From assembly GCF_963921235.1 (NCBI RefSeq), contig NC_086097.1:21454001-21518000 (forward strand): 64,000 nucleotides of DNA, in the 5' to 3' direction. Origin of the DNA: Mobula hypostoma (Eukaryota). This document shows, in pieces, positions 1-12,334 of the stretch. The first letter of the stretch is position 1. Each line of letters opens with the position of its first letter. Below the pieces are notes generated by a model, which saw only the letters and a program-made list of their open reading frames with translations, did no database searches and had not been told where the DNA came from. A program made the position numbers and the translations under genes.

Positions 1-180
1 ATCGGGGGATTGCTGGGTGGCATGGATTGAAGGGTCAGAATGACCTATTCTGCATTGTATCTCAATAAATAAAAAAATCTTTCAACAAAGCATGTTTCAT
101 TGACCTGAATTCTGTTCCCCAATGCTAAGATGGTACCTGAACTGCTGAGTCTTTCTGGCATTTTCGGTGTCCTTCTAGGA

Positions 181-490
181 TTCGACTGAGGCCACGACTT
201 CAGGACTGAAAGACGTCCTTTTAGAACTGAGATGTGGAGAAATTACTTTAGTCAGAGGATGATAAATCTGTGGAATTTATTGCCACAAGTGGCTGTGGAG
301 GCCAAGTCACTGGGTGTATTTAAGGCAGAGATAGATAGGTTCTTGATTAGCCAGGGTATCAAAGGGTATGGGGTGAAAGCAGGGGAGTGGGGATGACTGG
401 ATGAATTGGATCAGCCCATGATTGAAAGGTGGAGCAGACTTGATGGGCTGAATGGCTTACTTCTGCTCCTATATCTTATGGTCTTATGAT
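181..490 (+). mobile_element. CR1/HER1-type LINE 3' end
   Basis: RT C-terminal remnant (FRTEM.RNYFSQR..NLWNLLP) plus typical 3' UTR ending in (tcttatgg)n. Confidence 0.8.
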
Positions 491-544
491 TCCAGCATCT
501 GCAATATTTTGTTTTTGGACTTTTGAGCACAATAACCTAACCAA

Positions 545-635
545 GCGTTGAAGTGTCGTAGTGAGGGTGTGCTACACTGTTGGAGATGCTGCCTTTCAGA
601 TGTTAAATTGAGGCTTTCTCTGCTCCCTCACAAGA
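545..635 (+). mobile_element. Ancient DeuSINE (AmnSINE1/SacSINE1-like) Deu-domain fragment
   Basis: gtagtgagggtgtgctacactgttggagatgctgcctttcagatgttaaattgagg resembles the Deu domain as I recall it. Confidence 0.55.
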
Positions 636-639
636 AGAT

Positions 640-900
640 GTTAGAATATAGAACATAGAGCAGTACAGCACAGGACAGGACCTTCGACCCAAAATGTTCT
701 GCTGACCTTTTCAACTACTCCAAGAGCAATATAATGCTTCCCTCCCACAGAGCCCTTCAGTTTTCTATCATTCAAGAACCTGTCTGAGTCCTTTAAATGT
801 TCATGATGTATCTGCCTCCACCTCCTCTGGCAGTAAGTTCCAGATACACACGACTTTCTTTGTAAAAACCTAACTCTGACATTTTCCTCCAATCACTTTA
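640..900 (-). mobile_element. CR1-type LINE 3' end
   Basis: Reverse-oriented CR1 tail (tagaacatagag cagtacagcacagg...) with degenerate RT C-terminus. Confidence 0.7.
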
Positions 901-1199
901 AAATCACGCGCTCTTTTATTAGCTACGTATTTCCACTCTGGTGGAAAATGCGCCGACTGTCTTCTGTGTTTATCCTGCAAGCTTCAGCTTTCCACTTGGA
1001 CTTCACCCATCTGATTCCTTATGCTATGTTTCCATTACTTTGGTTTACAAAGAGTAAAACAAGTTTGTTTTAATTGCTGGGAGTTTCCTAGCTGACTTCT
1101 CTTAATCTTGCACATTGGTTATTTGTCCATCTTTATTGTGTGCAGTTTTTCATCAATTCTATTGTGTTTCTTTGTACCTTCTGTGAATGACTGTAAGAA

Positions 1200-1635
1200 A
1201 TGCTACAGAAAGTTGTAAAATTAATCAGCTCTTCTTGGGTACTAGCCTCTGTAGCATCCAGGACATCTTTAAGGAGCAGTGCCTCAGAAAGGGGGCGTCC
1301 ATCATTCAGGACCCCCATCACCCAGGGCATGCCCTCTTCTCATTGTTACCATCAGGAAGGAGGTACAGAAGCCTGAAGGCACACACTCAGTGATTCAGGA
1401 ACAGATTCTTCCTCTCTGCTGTCCGATTCCTAAATGGACATTGAACCCATGAACATTACCTGATCTTTATTATTTTTGTTTTTGCACTATTTTAATTTAA
1501 CTATTTAATATATATATACTTACTGTCATTGACTTACTTTATTTTTCCTATTTTATCATATATTGCATTGTACTGCTGCTGCTAAGTTAACAAGTTTCAC
1601 AACATATGCCAGCGATATTAAATCCGATTCTGTTT
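1200..1635 (+). mobile_element. Rex1/Babar LINE 3' end
   Basis: HPGHALFSLLPSGRRYRSLKAHT C-terminal motif; tail attaaatccgattctg. Confidence 0.8.
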
Positions 1636-1660
1636 CTGAAAGTGAATCTCCCATGACATA

Positions 1661-3216
1661 CAGTACCTATAAAAAGTATTCACCCCCCTCCCCGGAAGTT
1701 TACACGCTTTATTGTTTTACAACATTGAATCCCAGTGGATTAAATTTGGCTTTTTTTTTTGACACTGATCAACAGAAAAGGGCTCTTTCGTGTCAAAGTG
1801 AAAACAGATCTCTACGAAGTGATCTAAATTAATTACAAATATGAAATGCAAAATAATTGATTACATAAGTATTCACCCACTTAATATGATATGCCAAATC
1901 ATTACTGGTGTAGCCAATTGGTTTTAGAAGTCACATAATTAGTTAAATGGAGATCACTTGTGCATAGCCACGGTGTTTCAATTGATTGTAGTAAAACTAC
2001 ACCTGCATCTGGAAGGTACAACTGCTGTGAGTCAGTATCCTGGCAAAAACTACACCCTGAAGACAAAAGAACACTCCAGGCAACTCCCTGTAAAGGTTAT
2101 TGAAAAGCACAAGTCAGGAGAAGGATACAAGAAAATTTCCTCAAAAACACAGAATGAAGCATGGTGGTGGCTGCATCATGCTGTGGGGATGCTTTTCTGC
2201 AGCAGGTCCTGGACGGCTTGTGAAGGTAACAGTGAAATGAATGCAGCAAAATACAGGGAAGTCCTGGAGGAAAACCTGATGCAGTTTGCGAGAGAACTGC
2301 GACTTGGGAGAAGATTTGTTTTCCAGCAAGACAATGAATCAGAATCAGGTTTATTATCACCGGCATGTGACATGAAATTTATTAACTTAGCAGCAGCAGT
2401 TCAATGCAATGCATAATATAGAAGAGAAAAAAATAAAATAAAAAACAATAAATAAATAAGTAAATCAATTACAGTATACCTATATTGAATAGATTTAAAA
2501 AACGTGCAAAAACAGAAATACTGTATATTAAAAAAAGTGAGGTAGTGTCCAAGGGTTCAATGTCCATTTAGGAATCGGATGGCAGAGGGGAAGAAGCTGT
2601 TCCTGAATCGCTGAGTGTGTGTCTTCAGGCTTCTGTACCTCCCACCTGATGGTAACAGTGAGAAAAGGGCATGCCCTGGGTGCTGGAGGTTCTTAATAAT
2701 GGTGCTGCCTTTCTGAGACAAAGCATAAAGCCAAAGCTACACAGGAGTGGCTTAAAAACAACAAAGTTAATGTCCTGGAGTGGCCAAGTCAGAGTCTAGA
2801 CCTCAATCCAATTGATAATTTGTGACTGGACTTGAAAAGGTCTGTTCACTCACGATCCCCATGCAATCTGACAGAGCTTGAGAAGTTTTGTAAAGAAGAA
2901 TGGGGAAAACTTGCAGTGTTCAGATGTGCAAATCTGATGGAGACCTATATGCACAGACTCAAGGCTGTAATTGCTGCCAGAGGTGTATCTACTAAATATT
3001 GACTTGAAGGGGTGAGTAATTATGCAATCAATTATTTTGTGTTTAATAATTGTAATAAATTTAGACCAATTTGTAGTAATTTATTTTCACTTTGGCATGA
3101 AAGAGTCTTTTCTGTTGATCAGTGTCAAAAAAGCCAAATTACATCCTCTGTGATTCAATGGTAAACAATAAAACATGAAAACTTCCAAGGGGGATGAATA
3201 CGTTTTATAGGCTCTG
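1661..3216 (+). mobile_element. Internally deleted Tc1 transposon with long (~210 bp) IR/DR-type TIRs and TA TSD
   Basis: TA|cagtacctataaaaagtattcacccc ... ggggatgaatacgttttataggctctg|TA. Transposase remnants: [66 protein letters not shown]. Confidence 0.92.
2336..2720 (-). mobile_element. Rex1/Babar 3' end inserted in the Tc1 transposase
   Basis: Begins with a gaatcagaatcaggtttatt tail and splits the QQDN/..KH motif of the Tc1 catalytic domain. Confidence 0.8.
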
Positions 3217-3964
3217 TATATGTTCTTTAGATGGCAGAGTGGAAATATGTACCTATCAAAGGAGGTGTAAAGCGCTCCTGCCCTCCACTAGCCTGCAGGT
3301 CACCCTTGGGCAAGGTGCATGGACAGGAAAGGAATGGAGGGTTATGGGCTGAGTGCAGGTCAGTGGGACTAGGTGAGAGTAAGAGTTCGGCAAGGAGTAG
3401 AAGGGCCCAGATAGCCTGTTTCCGTGCTGTAATTGTTATATGGTTATATGGTTACATGCACTTTGATAATAAATTTACTTTGTACTTTGTAGTCTAACGG
3501 ATTAGCCTTGCCACAAAGTATTTCTTGTGGTAAAAAGATACTGCTCACACATCTCAATGCATTCATTCCTTTGCAAGGATAGAAGATTCTTTGCATTTGT
3601 TGCAAAAAGTAAGAGACAATACCCCAAGTGTTCTGCAAATAGATACCCATTGATCAATGTTTATTGTAAAAAAAAAGAAAATGTTACCTATTTGTGGGAG
3701 ATTTCTGGGCACAAATTGCTTGCTTTTTTTCCCCCTACATCTCAGCAGTGCATACACTTTGAAAGTACCACATAGTCTGCAAAGTACTGTGTGATGTATA
3801 GAAAGGGATATTAGAATTGCTGTGTAGATACAAATCATTCACCTTTTCTTTATAGGTGATCTTGGCCCCAAATCCCTTATATATCTTACAAAAAGAAAGA
3901 TATATATTTATTGATAAAAGGTGGAAGGAGATGGGAAAGTAGAATCTATCGTAGTACAACAGAG

Positions 3965-4545
3965 ATACAAGGGATTCTGCAGTTGCTGGAAATTGTGAGT
4001 AAAATACATAAAATTCTGGAGGAGCCCAGAAGTCAGGCGGCATTTAGGGAGGGAAATAAACAGTCCACGTTTTGGGCCAAGAACCCCTCATCAGGACCGG
4101 AAAGAAAAGGGGCAAAAGCCAGAATGAAAAAGGTAAGGGGAAGGGAAGGAGTTCAAGCTGCCAGGAAATAGGTGAGTTCATCTGAGAGGGAAGGTAGGTG
4201 GGTTTGGGGAGTGGGGCGGGGGGTGGAGGATGAAAGGGAATGATATGAGAACCTAGGAGGTGATTAGTGGAAGAGCTGGAGAAGAAGGAATTTGATAGGA
4301 GAGGGTGGCAGATGATAGAATAAGGCGAAGGACGCGGGGATTCAAAGGGAGGTGATGTGAGGTCACGAGGGCAAGGAAGGGGAAGCAATGGGAAGGAGTT
4401 CCATTGGAGTGAAAGAAAACACAGGGGTGGGGCAGAGGGAAGTGGTTGCCACAAATTAGAGCAATCAATGTTCACACCTTCAGGTTTGAGACACAATGAG
4501 AGAAGATGAGGTTTTGTTCCTTTAATCTAGTCTGGTCTCAACATG
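3965..4545 (-). mobile_element. Penelope-like element (PLE) terminal region with degenerate hammerhead
   Basis: gattctgcag..tgctggaaat end motif, purine-rich tract, HHR-like motif at 4061-4098. Confidence 0.7.
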
Positions 4546-4814
4546 ACAGTAATTTCAAATGTACAGCATGGAAACAGATCCTTCGTCCATGCTAATAAGA
4601 TGTCTATTAAAGCTGGTCCTATTTTCCTGAGTTCAGCCCGTATCTAAAGCCAAGGTCAAGTTTATTGTCGTATGCACAAGGACATGTATGCACGGGTGCA
4701 ATGGAAAACTTGCTTGATGCAGTATCACAAGCACATAAGCAGCATTCACAAGAAAAACATAAAGTGAAGATAAATTATACATGATTTTATAAGAAAGAAA
4801 TTAAAACAAAAAAA

Positions 4815-5155
4815 TTATAGAAACATAGGAAAACTTACAGCCCTTCGGACCACAAAGCTGTGCTGAACATGTCCCCACCTTAGAACTACCTAGGCTTACC
4901 TATAACCCTCTATTTTTCTAAGCTCCATGTACTTATCCAGGAGTCTCTTAAAAGACCCTGTTGTTTCCGCCTCCACCACTGCCGCCGGCAGCCCATTGCA
5001 CACCCTCACCACTCTCTGCGTAAAAAACTTACCCCTGACATCTCCTCTGTACCTACTTCCAAGCACCTTAAAACTATTCCCTCTCTTGCTAGCCATTTCA
5101 GCCCTGGGAAAAAGCCTCTGACTATCCACACGATCAATGCCACTTATTATCGTAC
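4815..5155 (-). mobile_element. CR1-type LINE 3' end
   Basis: ORF 4896-5129 (LFPRAEMASKRGNSFKVLGSRYRGDVRGKFFTQRVV) is a CR1 RT C-terminus. Confidence 0.85.
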
Positions 5156-6319
5156 AAAGTGATCAAAGTGGTGATAGTGTGGCTATATGGAGGTAGTGAT
5201 TAGGATAGTGCAGGTTGGTTTGTGAACTGAATGGTTGAGGGAATGGCTGTCCTTGAACCTGGTGATATGGGACTTCAGGCTTCTGTACCCCTGCAGGATG
5301 GTACTTACATGAAGATGGCATGGCCGGGGATCTTTGATGATGTATATTGCTTTGATCCATCTGGATCTTTGCTAGCCACGTACCTATAACTCGTGTCTTT
5401 GAGATACTGTAATTGTATCCACTTCAATAACTTATTCTTCAGCTCATTCCATATACCCACCACCTTCTGTGTGAAAGAGGTTTCTCCTCAAGTCCTTCTT
5501 AAATCTTTCCCTTCTCACCAGTCCTGGGAATGGTGGCTCCATGATGGTGCTGGACACTGAACTTACACAGTTCTGGGGTCGGTGTGGTGTGGAAATGGTG
5601 GTGGGGCAATGGGGATGTGGACGCCACCTTCATCTGGGAGGGTGGTCCCTTTCCCCATCGGGTTCCACCTTTAACTACCAGCCTTTATCCCAAAACACCA
5701 GCTTTCTCCTTTTGCCTTTAACAGATGCTGCTTAACACACAGAGATCCTCCACTGTAGGTTCTGATTAGAAGAATATATTCTTCTCCCTTTGGCTGGGCT
5801 ATGAGTAACCCAGAAATGAAGTAGAGGATGCACCGACTTGAATACACATGCTCCGTGTGCATGTCTGTGTGTTTTTATCTGTGCCTGGCGCAGTCCTGGT
5901 ACCATGACCTTGTCCAGTTGGTTCAATAGCAAAATTGCAGTGTTGACTCAAGGAGCAGCTGGAGGCTGCTGACAGCTCTCAGACTGAAATATTGAATGGT
6001 GTCTGTACGTTTGTCACCACTAATCACATCCCTCGTTCTTCCATCACATTCTTTGTAAGATGGTCGTAGCGCACGCCTTTAATGATCATTAAAAATCATA
6101 TGGTGGAACCAAAGTGATTGTGAAATTCAGGGCAGATGACTTGTTTTACTGTTTTTATATGCTAGGGTAGCTAGTCTGCTCTGTGTGGAACTGGGTACGG
6201 TGTAAAATGCAGGCTTTCCTGCATTTACAATGGTAAATTCATAGATTGCTGCATTGTTCTAAAGCTCTCGTCCTTTAATTCTCCTCCGACATGAACTCAG
6301 CTTTCATGTCAACTACTGT

Positions 6320-7025
6320 ACCTAATGCTTCAGATGCGGCCTCTTTGATTGGGGGGCCACTTTGTCGAGCACCTTCACTCCAACCGCAACAAGCAGGATT
6401 TCCCAGAAGCCAACCACTTTAATTCCAATCTTCATTTCCATCCGTCAATCCATAATCTCCTCTATTGCCATGATGAGGCCACTCTCAGGTAGGGGGAGCA
6501 ACACCTCATATTCCATCTGGGTAGCCTCCAAACTGATGGCCAAGCATTGCTAATTTTGCGAATTTCTCCCCCCTCTCCCTTCTCTTTTTCCATTCCTCAT
6601 TCCGGCACCACTGTCACTCTTTCTCTTCTCTTCACCTGCCTATCACCTCCCTCTGGTGCTTCTCCTTCCCTTTCTCCCTTGGTCCACTGTCCACATCTCT
6701 CAGATTCCTTCTTCAGCCCTTTAGCTCTTCCACCTATCCCCGTCCCATCTTCTCACTTTATCCCCACCTTCCTCACCCAGCTATCTTCCCCCTCACCTGG
6801 TCTCACCTATCACCTGCCAATTTGTAGCAACAAACACAAAATGCTGGAGGTCAGGCAGCACCTATGGAACAGAGTACGGTCGATGTTTCGGGCTGAGACA
6901 ACTTGTATTCCTGGCCCCATCTTTACCTTCTTATTCTGGCTCCCTTTCCTGTCTAGATAAAGGGTCACAGACCAAAATGCTGATTGTTTATTCCCCTCCA
7001 TAGATGCTGCCTGACTTGCTGTATT
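6320..7025 (+). mobile_element. Penelope-like element 3' region (GIY-YIG C-terminal remnant, pyrimidine tract, inverted end)
   Basis: FVEHLHSNRNKQDFPEANHFNS...EQHLIFHLGSLQTDG is a PLE endonuclease C-terminus; inverted terminal copy at 6830-6900. Confidence 0.75.
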
Positions 7026-7092
7026 CCACCAGCATTCTGTGTATGTAGTTAAGTTACTGTTTTACCTTGTTCTACCTTTGTGTAATGATTTA

Positions 7093-7607
7093 AGGCTGAT
7101 TTATACTTCTGTGTCAAATCGATGCCGTAGGTATGGCGTAGCCGCGAACCCTACACAGAGCCTACGTGGATCCCTACGCCATAGCCTGACGCGCACCTCT
7201 CGCAAAATGTAACTACGCGTCGCAGCAACGCAGACAGCAGCAACGGTGATTGGTCCGCTTGGTAGCATCGCATTTCCTCCTACGCTGCAATAGCTTCCCA
7301 TTGGGCGACTGAAAGGCAGGGAAGGAACTCTGGCTGCAATGCTTTCCGTAAAGCTCTACAGACCTCCAAAATTATGGAGGACACATTTTGTTTTCACAAT
7401 AAAAGACGTTCGCTTTAAACTTGTTTACCCCGAGAAAGACTACCATGACCATGAAGCCTTGCACGGGCAGGTGTGTGTGCATGCGTGACATGCCCGAATT
7501 GCAGAGCGACGCAGACACACCAACGCACAAGTATAAATGCTCACAACGCGTGTAGGCCACTTGTATAGGTTACGGCGTCCATTTGACGCTGAAGTATAAA
7601 TCAGCCT
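7093..7607. mobile_element. Non-autonomous TIR DNA transposon (MITE, possibly PIF/Harbinger-like), copy 1
   Basis: ~37-bp TIR aggctgatttatacttctgtgtcaaatcgatgccgta / tacggcgtccatttgacgctgaagtataaatcagcct; flanked by tta/taa; CpG-rich. Confidence 0.85.
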
Positions 7608-7714
7608 TAAATCTGAATGAATCTGTCCTGATGAAGTACCTTGACCTGAAACATCGACTGTTTATTCCTCTCCAGAGTTGCAGACTGACCTGCTGAGTTC
7701 CTCCAGCATTTTAA

Positions 7715-7935
7715 AAGATTTATTTTTATTGAGATGCAGTGCAGGGTAGGCCCTTCCCGCCCTTCGAGCCGTGTCATCCAGCAATCCCCCGATTTAATCC
7801 TAGCCTAATCACGGGGCAATTTACAATGACCAATTAACCTACCAACCCGTACGTCTTCGGATTGTGGGAGGAAACTGGAGCGCTCGGAGGAAACTCACGC
7901 GGTCACAGGGAGGACATACAAAATCCTTACAGGCA
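7715..7935 (-). mobile_element. HE1/V-SINE-like tRNA-derived SINE
   Basis: Reverse complement of the V-domain (gtgggaggaaactggagcgctcggaggaaactcacgcggtcac) plus CR1-derived tail. Confidence 0.8.
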
Positions 7936-9109
7936 GCATTTTGTGTTTGTTGATCTGTTTGAGCAGTAGGCAAGACAAGCTTTTCATTGTATCTCAGGAC
8001 ATGTGACAATAATAAACCAATTCCAATTCCCCAGACGGATCATTTGTGATTCACAAGCCTTTGCTACTGTCTCTCAGCTGCTCTCTTCATTTGTGTTTCC
8101 ATCCCATCAGAAACATTCCCTCCTCTCTCTGCCACTTAAATTATATTTGGTTGATATGTATTGATATTGAGTGTACTTGTTTGAGAGACCTAAACTTCAA
8201 TCAGGTCTTTAAGCTGCATCTGATATAAGCGTCTACAAGTACCCTCACCTTGGGGAGATAGTACTGTACCAAACTGCACTTCAAAGATTAATGTACTTCA
8301 CTGCTTTAGTCTGCTCCTGTCTAGCTGTAAACAATCACTATATCTATATACTGTAGGTTGGTTCACCTACCCCACCAAACAACGAGGAGATAATTCTAGT
8401 TAATGAAGCAGATTAAACACAGTTTATTTTTAAGTGGAGTATGTGTAATTCTGAGGAGTAATCCTTGACTGAGATTTATACCTTAACAAAGGATTTCCAA
8501 ACACAAGTACGATTCTTACAAACCAGAAATACCTCCCGGTGGGTTGCAGTCAAATGAGTCGTCACAGGAGCTGAGGCTGAGGAATTGATTTTGTATCTTC
8601 TCTCTGTCACTGCCAACCCTGCCTGGCTTTTACCATTGGTACTGTTTTTATAGTTGGCATCAGCGCTGTGTGATGTTTCCCAACTACATTTCTCAGGCCC
8701 GGTGGATGGAGTGTTTAATTAGTTCCACTTGGACCCCATTGTTTTTCTTGATTAAATCAAGAAGAGGGTGAGCAAAATGTCCTGGTTAGAAGCTTAATCA
8801 TCTTAAGGACAGCTCAAGAACAGCTTCAATCCTATTGTGCTATTGCACCTCCATCTCTCCCATCCCATCTTCTCACTTTATCCCCACCTTCCTCACCCAG
8901 CTATCTTCCCCCTCACCTGGTCTCACCTGTCACCTGCCAACTTGAAATTCCACCCCCCACTTCCTCTAGATAGGTAGATACTTTATTGATCCCCAAGGGA
9001 ATTACAGTGTCACAGTAGCATTACAGGTGCACAGATATAAATATTAGAAGAGAAGTAGAAAGAATAAAAAATAAGTTATCACAATTAAAATGTTTGGATA
9101 CTGGAAATG

Positions 9110-9640
9110 TCCTGCCACAAGCAGAACTTCCTGGCATCCAAACATTTTAATTGTGATTCCCATTCTTGTTCTGACATGTTGGTCCATGGCCTCCTATAGT
9201 ACCAAGATGAGGCCACCCTCAGGGTATAGGAGCAACACCTTGTATTCATACTTTGGTATGAACATAGAATTCTCCAACTTCCGGTAATTCCCTCCCCCTC
9301 CCTTCCTCTGTCCCTATGTCACTCTGCCCCCTCCCCCAGCTGCCTACCACCTCCCTCATGGTCCCGCCTCCTTCTACTACCCATTGTGTTTTCCCTATTC
9401 CTTCTTCACCTTTCCTGCCTATCTCCTCCCTGCTTCCCCTCCCCCACCCCTTTATCTTTCCCCTTACTGGTTTTTCACCTGTAACCTACCAGCCTTCTCC
9501 TTCCCACCCTCCCCCCACCTTCTTCTGCCCCTTCCCCCTACAGTCTTGATGAAGGGTTCCGGCCCGAGACGTCGACTGATCGTTTCCACGGATGCTGCCC
9601 GACCTGCTGAGTTCCTCCAGCGTGTTGTGAGTGTTGCCTT
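9110..9640 (+). mobile_element. Penelope-like element 3' region with hammerhead-like motif
   Basis: GIY-YIG C-terminal remnant (EQHLVF..GMNIEFSNFR*), pyrimidine tract, HHR-like motif at 9541-9578. Confidence 0.75.
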
Positions 9641-9737
9641 GTATTTTGTCTGGGTCCCCTCCAACAATGACATAAATATTGATTTCTCCTTCCCAGTTAA
9701 AAAAAATTCAACCACCCCTCCCCCCCACTTCCTCTAG

Positions 9738-10440
9738 ATAGGTAGATACTTTATTGATCCCCAAGGGAGTTACAGTGTCACTGTAGCATTACAGGTGCAC
9801 AGATATAAATATTAGAAGAGAAGTAGAAAGAATAAAAATTAAGTTACCTCAAACAGTCTAACAGGAGGGGGTCATCACTTCCCTGGCTATAGGTTGACTC
9901 ATTATAGAGCCTAATGGTCGAGGGTAAGGGTGACCTCGTATAGTGCTCTTTGGAATAACACAGTTGTCTTAGACTATTACTAAAACTTCTCCTCAGTTCA
10001 GCCAAGGTGGCATGCAGAGACTGAGAAACATTGTCCAGAATTGCCAGGATTTTGCACAGGGTCCTTTGTTCTACCACAGTCTCCAATGTGTCCAGTTTGA
10101 CTCCTATAACAGAGCCAGTCTTTCTAATCAGTTAACTGAGCCTGCTGGCATTACCCGTGTTGATACCATTGCCCCAGTACACCACCACATAGAGATTTAC
10201 TGGCAACAACATAGTAAGACATGTGAAGGAGAGGCCTGCGTACTCCAAGGGACCTCAGCCTCCTCAGGAAGTAGAGACGACTCTGACCCTTCTTGAGCAC
10301 AGCCTCTGTGTTGGTGCTCCACTCAAGTCTGTCATCCAGGTGCATCCCCAGGTACTTGTAGGTTCTCACCACATTCACATCCTCAGCATAAATAGTAACA
10401 GGGAGTAAAGCAGGCTTAGTCTTCCTAAAGTCCATCGCCA
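9738..10440 (-). mobile_element. Rex1/Babar LINE 3' part
   Basis: ORFs 10151-10480 (MDFRK..YKYLGMHLDDRLEWS..KKGQSRLYFLRRLRS) and 9844-10086. Confidence 0.85.
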
Positions 10441-10808
10441 TCTCCTCTATTCCCCATTCTGACCTTTCACCTCTTCTCACTTATCTATCATTTTCCCTGA
10501 GTCCCCTCGTCCTTCCCGTTCTCCTATGGTCCACTCTCCTCTCCCATCAGATTCCTTCTTCTCTAGCCTTTGGCCTTTCCCACCCTTCTGGCTTCACCTG
10601 TCACCTTCCAGCTAACCTCCTTCCCCTCCACTCCTCTCCTCTCCTTTTTATTCTGGCATCTTCCCGTTCCACATCCTGAAGAAGGCTCTCGGCCCAAAAT
10701 ATTGACTGTTTATTCATTTCCATGGATGCTGCCCGACCTGCTGAGCTCTTTCAACATTTTGGGTGTGTTGCTCTGGATTTCCAGCATCTGCAGACTTTCT
10801 TGTGTTTA
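10440..10808 (+). mobile_element. Penelope-like terminal region
   Basis: Pyrimidine tract, degenerate HHR motif at 10670-10708, end motif tttccagcatctgcagactttcttgtgttt. Confidence 0.7.
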
Positions 10809-11910
10809 TTCTATCCTATTGTTGTCAGATTGTTGAATGGGCCTCTCGTATGGTAAAATGGACTTTTGGCTTCACAATGTGCCTTGTTATGATCTGGCAC
10901 TTTATCATTTATCTGCACTGAAATTTTTTGGTAGCTTTTACACTCTATTCTGCATTTTTATTGTTTTACCTTATTCTAATTCAAAGCACTGTGTAATGAT
11001 TCGATCTGTATGAACAGTATGCAAGACAAGCTTTTTTAACTGTATCTTGGTACATATGGTAATAATAAACCGATAGAGTACCAGCATCTTGACCCTTGGA
11101 CAGTTTATATTGCTGTACCAAATAGCTGAGGTTACCAATATGTCTTCTGGGCCTGGAAAGTGAATATCCATCACATGTAACTTCTCACCTGTCCGATGAA
11201 AGGTCATTGGCCTGCGACATTAACAAAATAATGTCAGACGGAAATGATATAGACGGAAGGAAAGAGTGACTTTGCTAAAGTTGTAGAATTTGATATTGAG
11301 TCTGGAATACAGCAGTGTGCCCAGATGGAGGGTGAGCAGTTGCTCCTCAAGCTTGTGTTAGGCAGCAGAGCGAAAGGTTAGAGTGGGAGTGGCACGGCGA
11401 ATTGAAGTGGGAGGTAAATCGGACTAAATGCAGGTGCTTTGCAAAGTGACCTTCCAATATGCATCTGGTTACTCCAATGTAGAATTGTGAACAATGATTG
11501 CAATATTTTCCAGTCCTGATGAAGGGTCTCGGTCCTTTCTACCTGGCCTGTTGAGTTCCTCCAGCATTTTGTGAGTGTTGAATGCAGTATTGTAGACTGT
11601 CACCAATGTCTTGTATAACAGATGGATGAACTCCCTGTATTTTTCCAGAATATCCCCAGTTCCCCGGTTCCTTCATTTCCCCAGAATTTAAAGCAACATT
11701 CTGTTAACCTTGCTATTTAATCGCTGTAGTGGCGGATTTGCCTGTTACAAATTATTGTAGATTCCTTTGCATCTCAGAGCTCTGCAACCTTTCACCATTT
11801 AGACAATGTTTCTATTTTTATTTTGCCCCCTTATGTAGTCAGTTCCATACCATTTGCTCCATTTAACAGATCTTTGCTCACTCCATTTCTTCATCTCAAT
11901 TGCTTTAGAT

Positions 11911-11989
11911 CAGGCGTTCCTGACTTGGGGCCCACAGAACCCTCAATAAATGGTAGGGGTCCATGGCATAAAAAAGGGTTGGGAAACTG
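11911..11989. mobile_element. ~80-bp hAT/Charlie-like MITE
   Basis: caggcgttcc...gttgggaaactg termini; near 8-bp TSD ctttagat/cttagat; reverse-oriented sister copy at 58175-58254. Confidence 0.7.
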
Positions 11990-12334
11990 CTTAGATGGAG
12001 AATTCCATTCGAAGGTCATGGTCAGATGTCGTGCTAGCAGACCCATGAGGACAAGGGCTGGTGGCACTCAAGGAGTCATTGGCGAGTTCTGGGGTCAGAG
12101 TACCATGTGAATAGGAGATATGAGGCCTGGTGACCTCCTAGGTATGTGGGTCAATGAGACTGGAGTTTGAGGCTTACTGGTCGGGGTCCTGGTAATCAGA
12201 GAGTCCGGAGTTTGAGGCTTGGAGTTTTGCATCCTTATTTGTCATCATCGGCAAGCCCTGGGGTCGATGTCAAAAATGGAGGCCTGAATGTCGGTCAGAG
12301 GTCCAGGCCTGATGGGCCTGGGTCTGCAAGTCTG

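Noticed and set aside
4044..4496. Pro/Ser-rich ORFs here and at 6547-6960 and 9316-9737
   Set aside because: Low-complexity pyrimidine tracts of PLE ends; no coding signature
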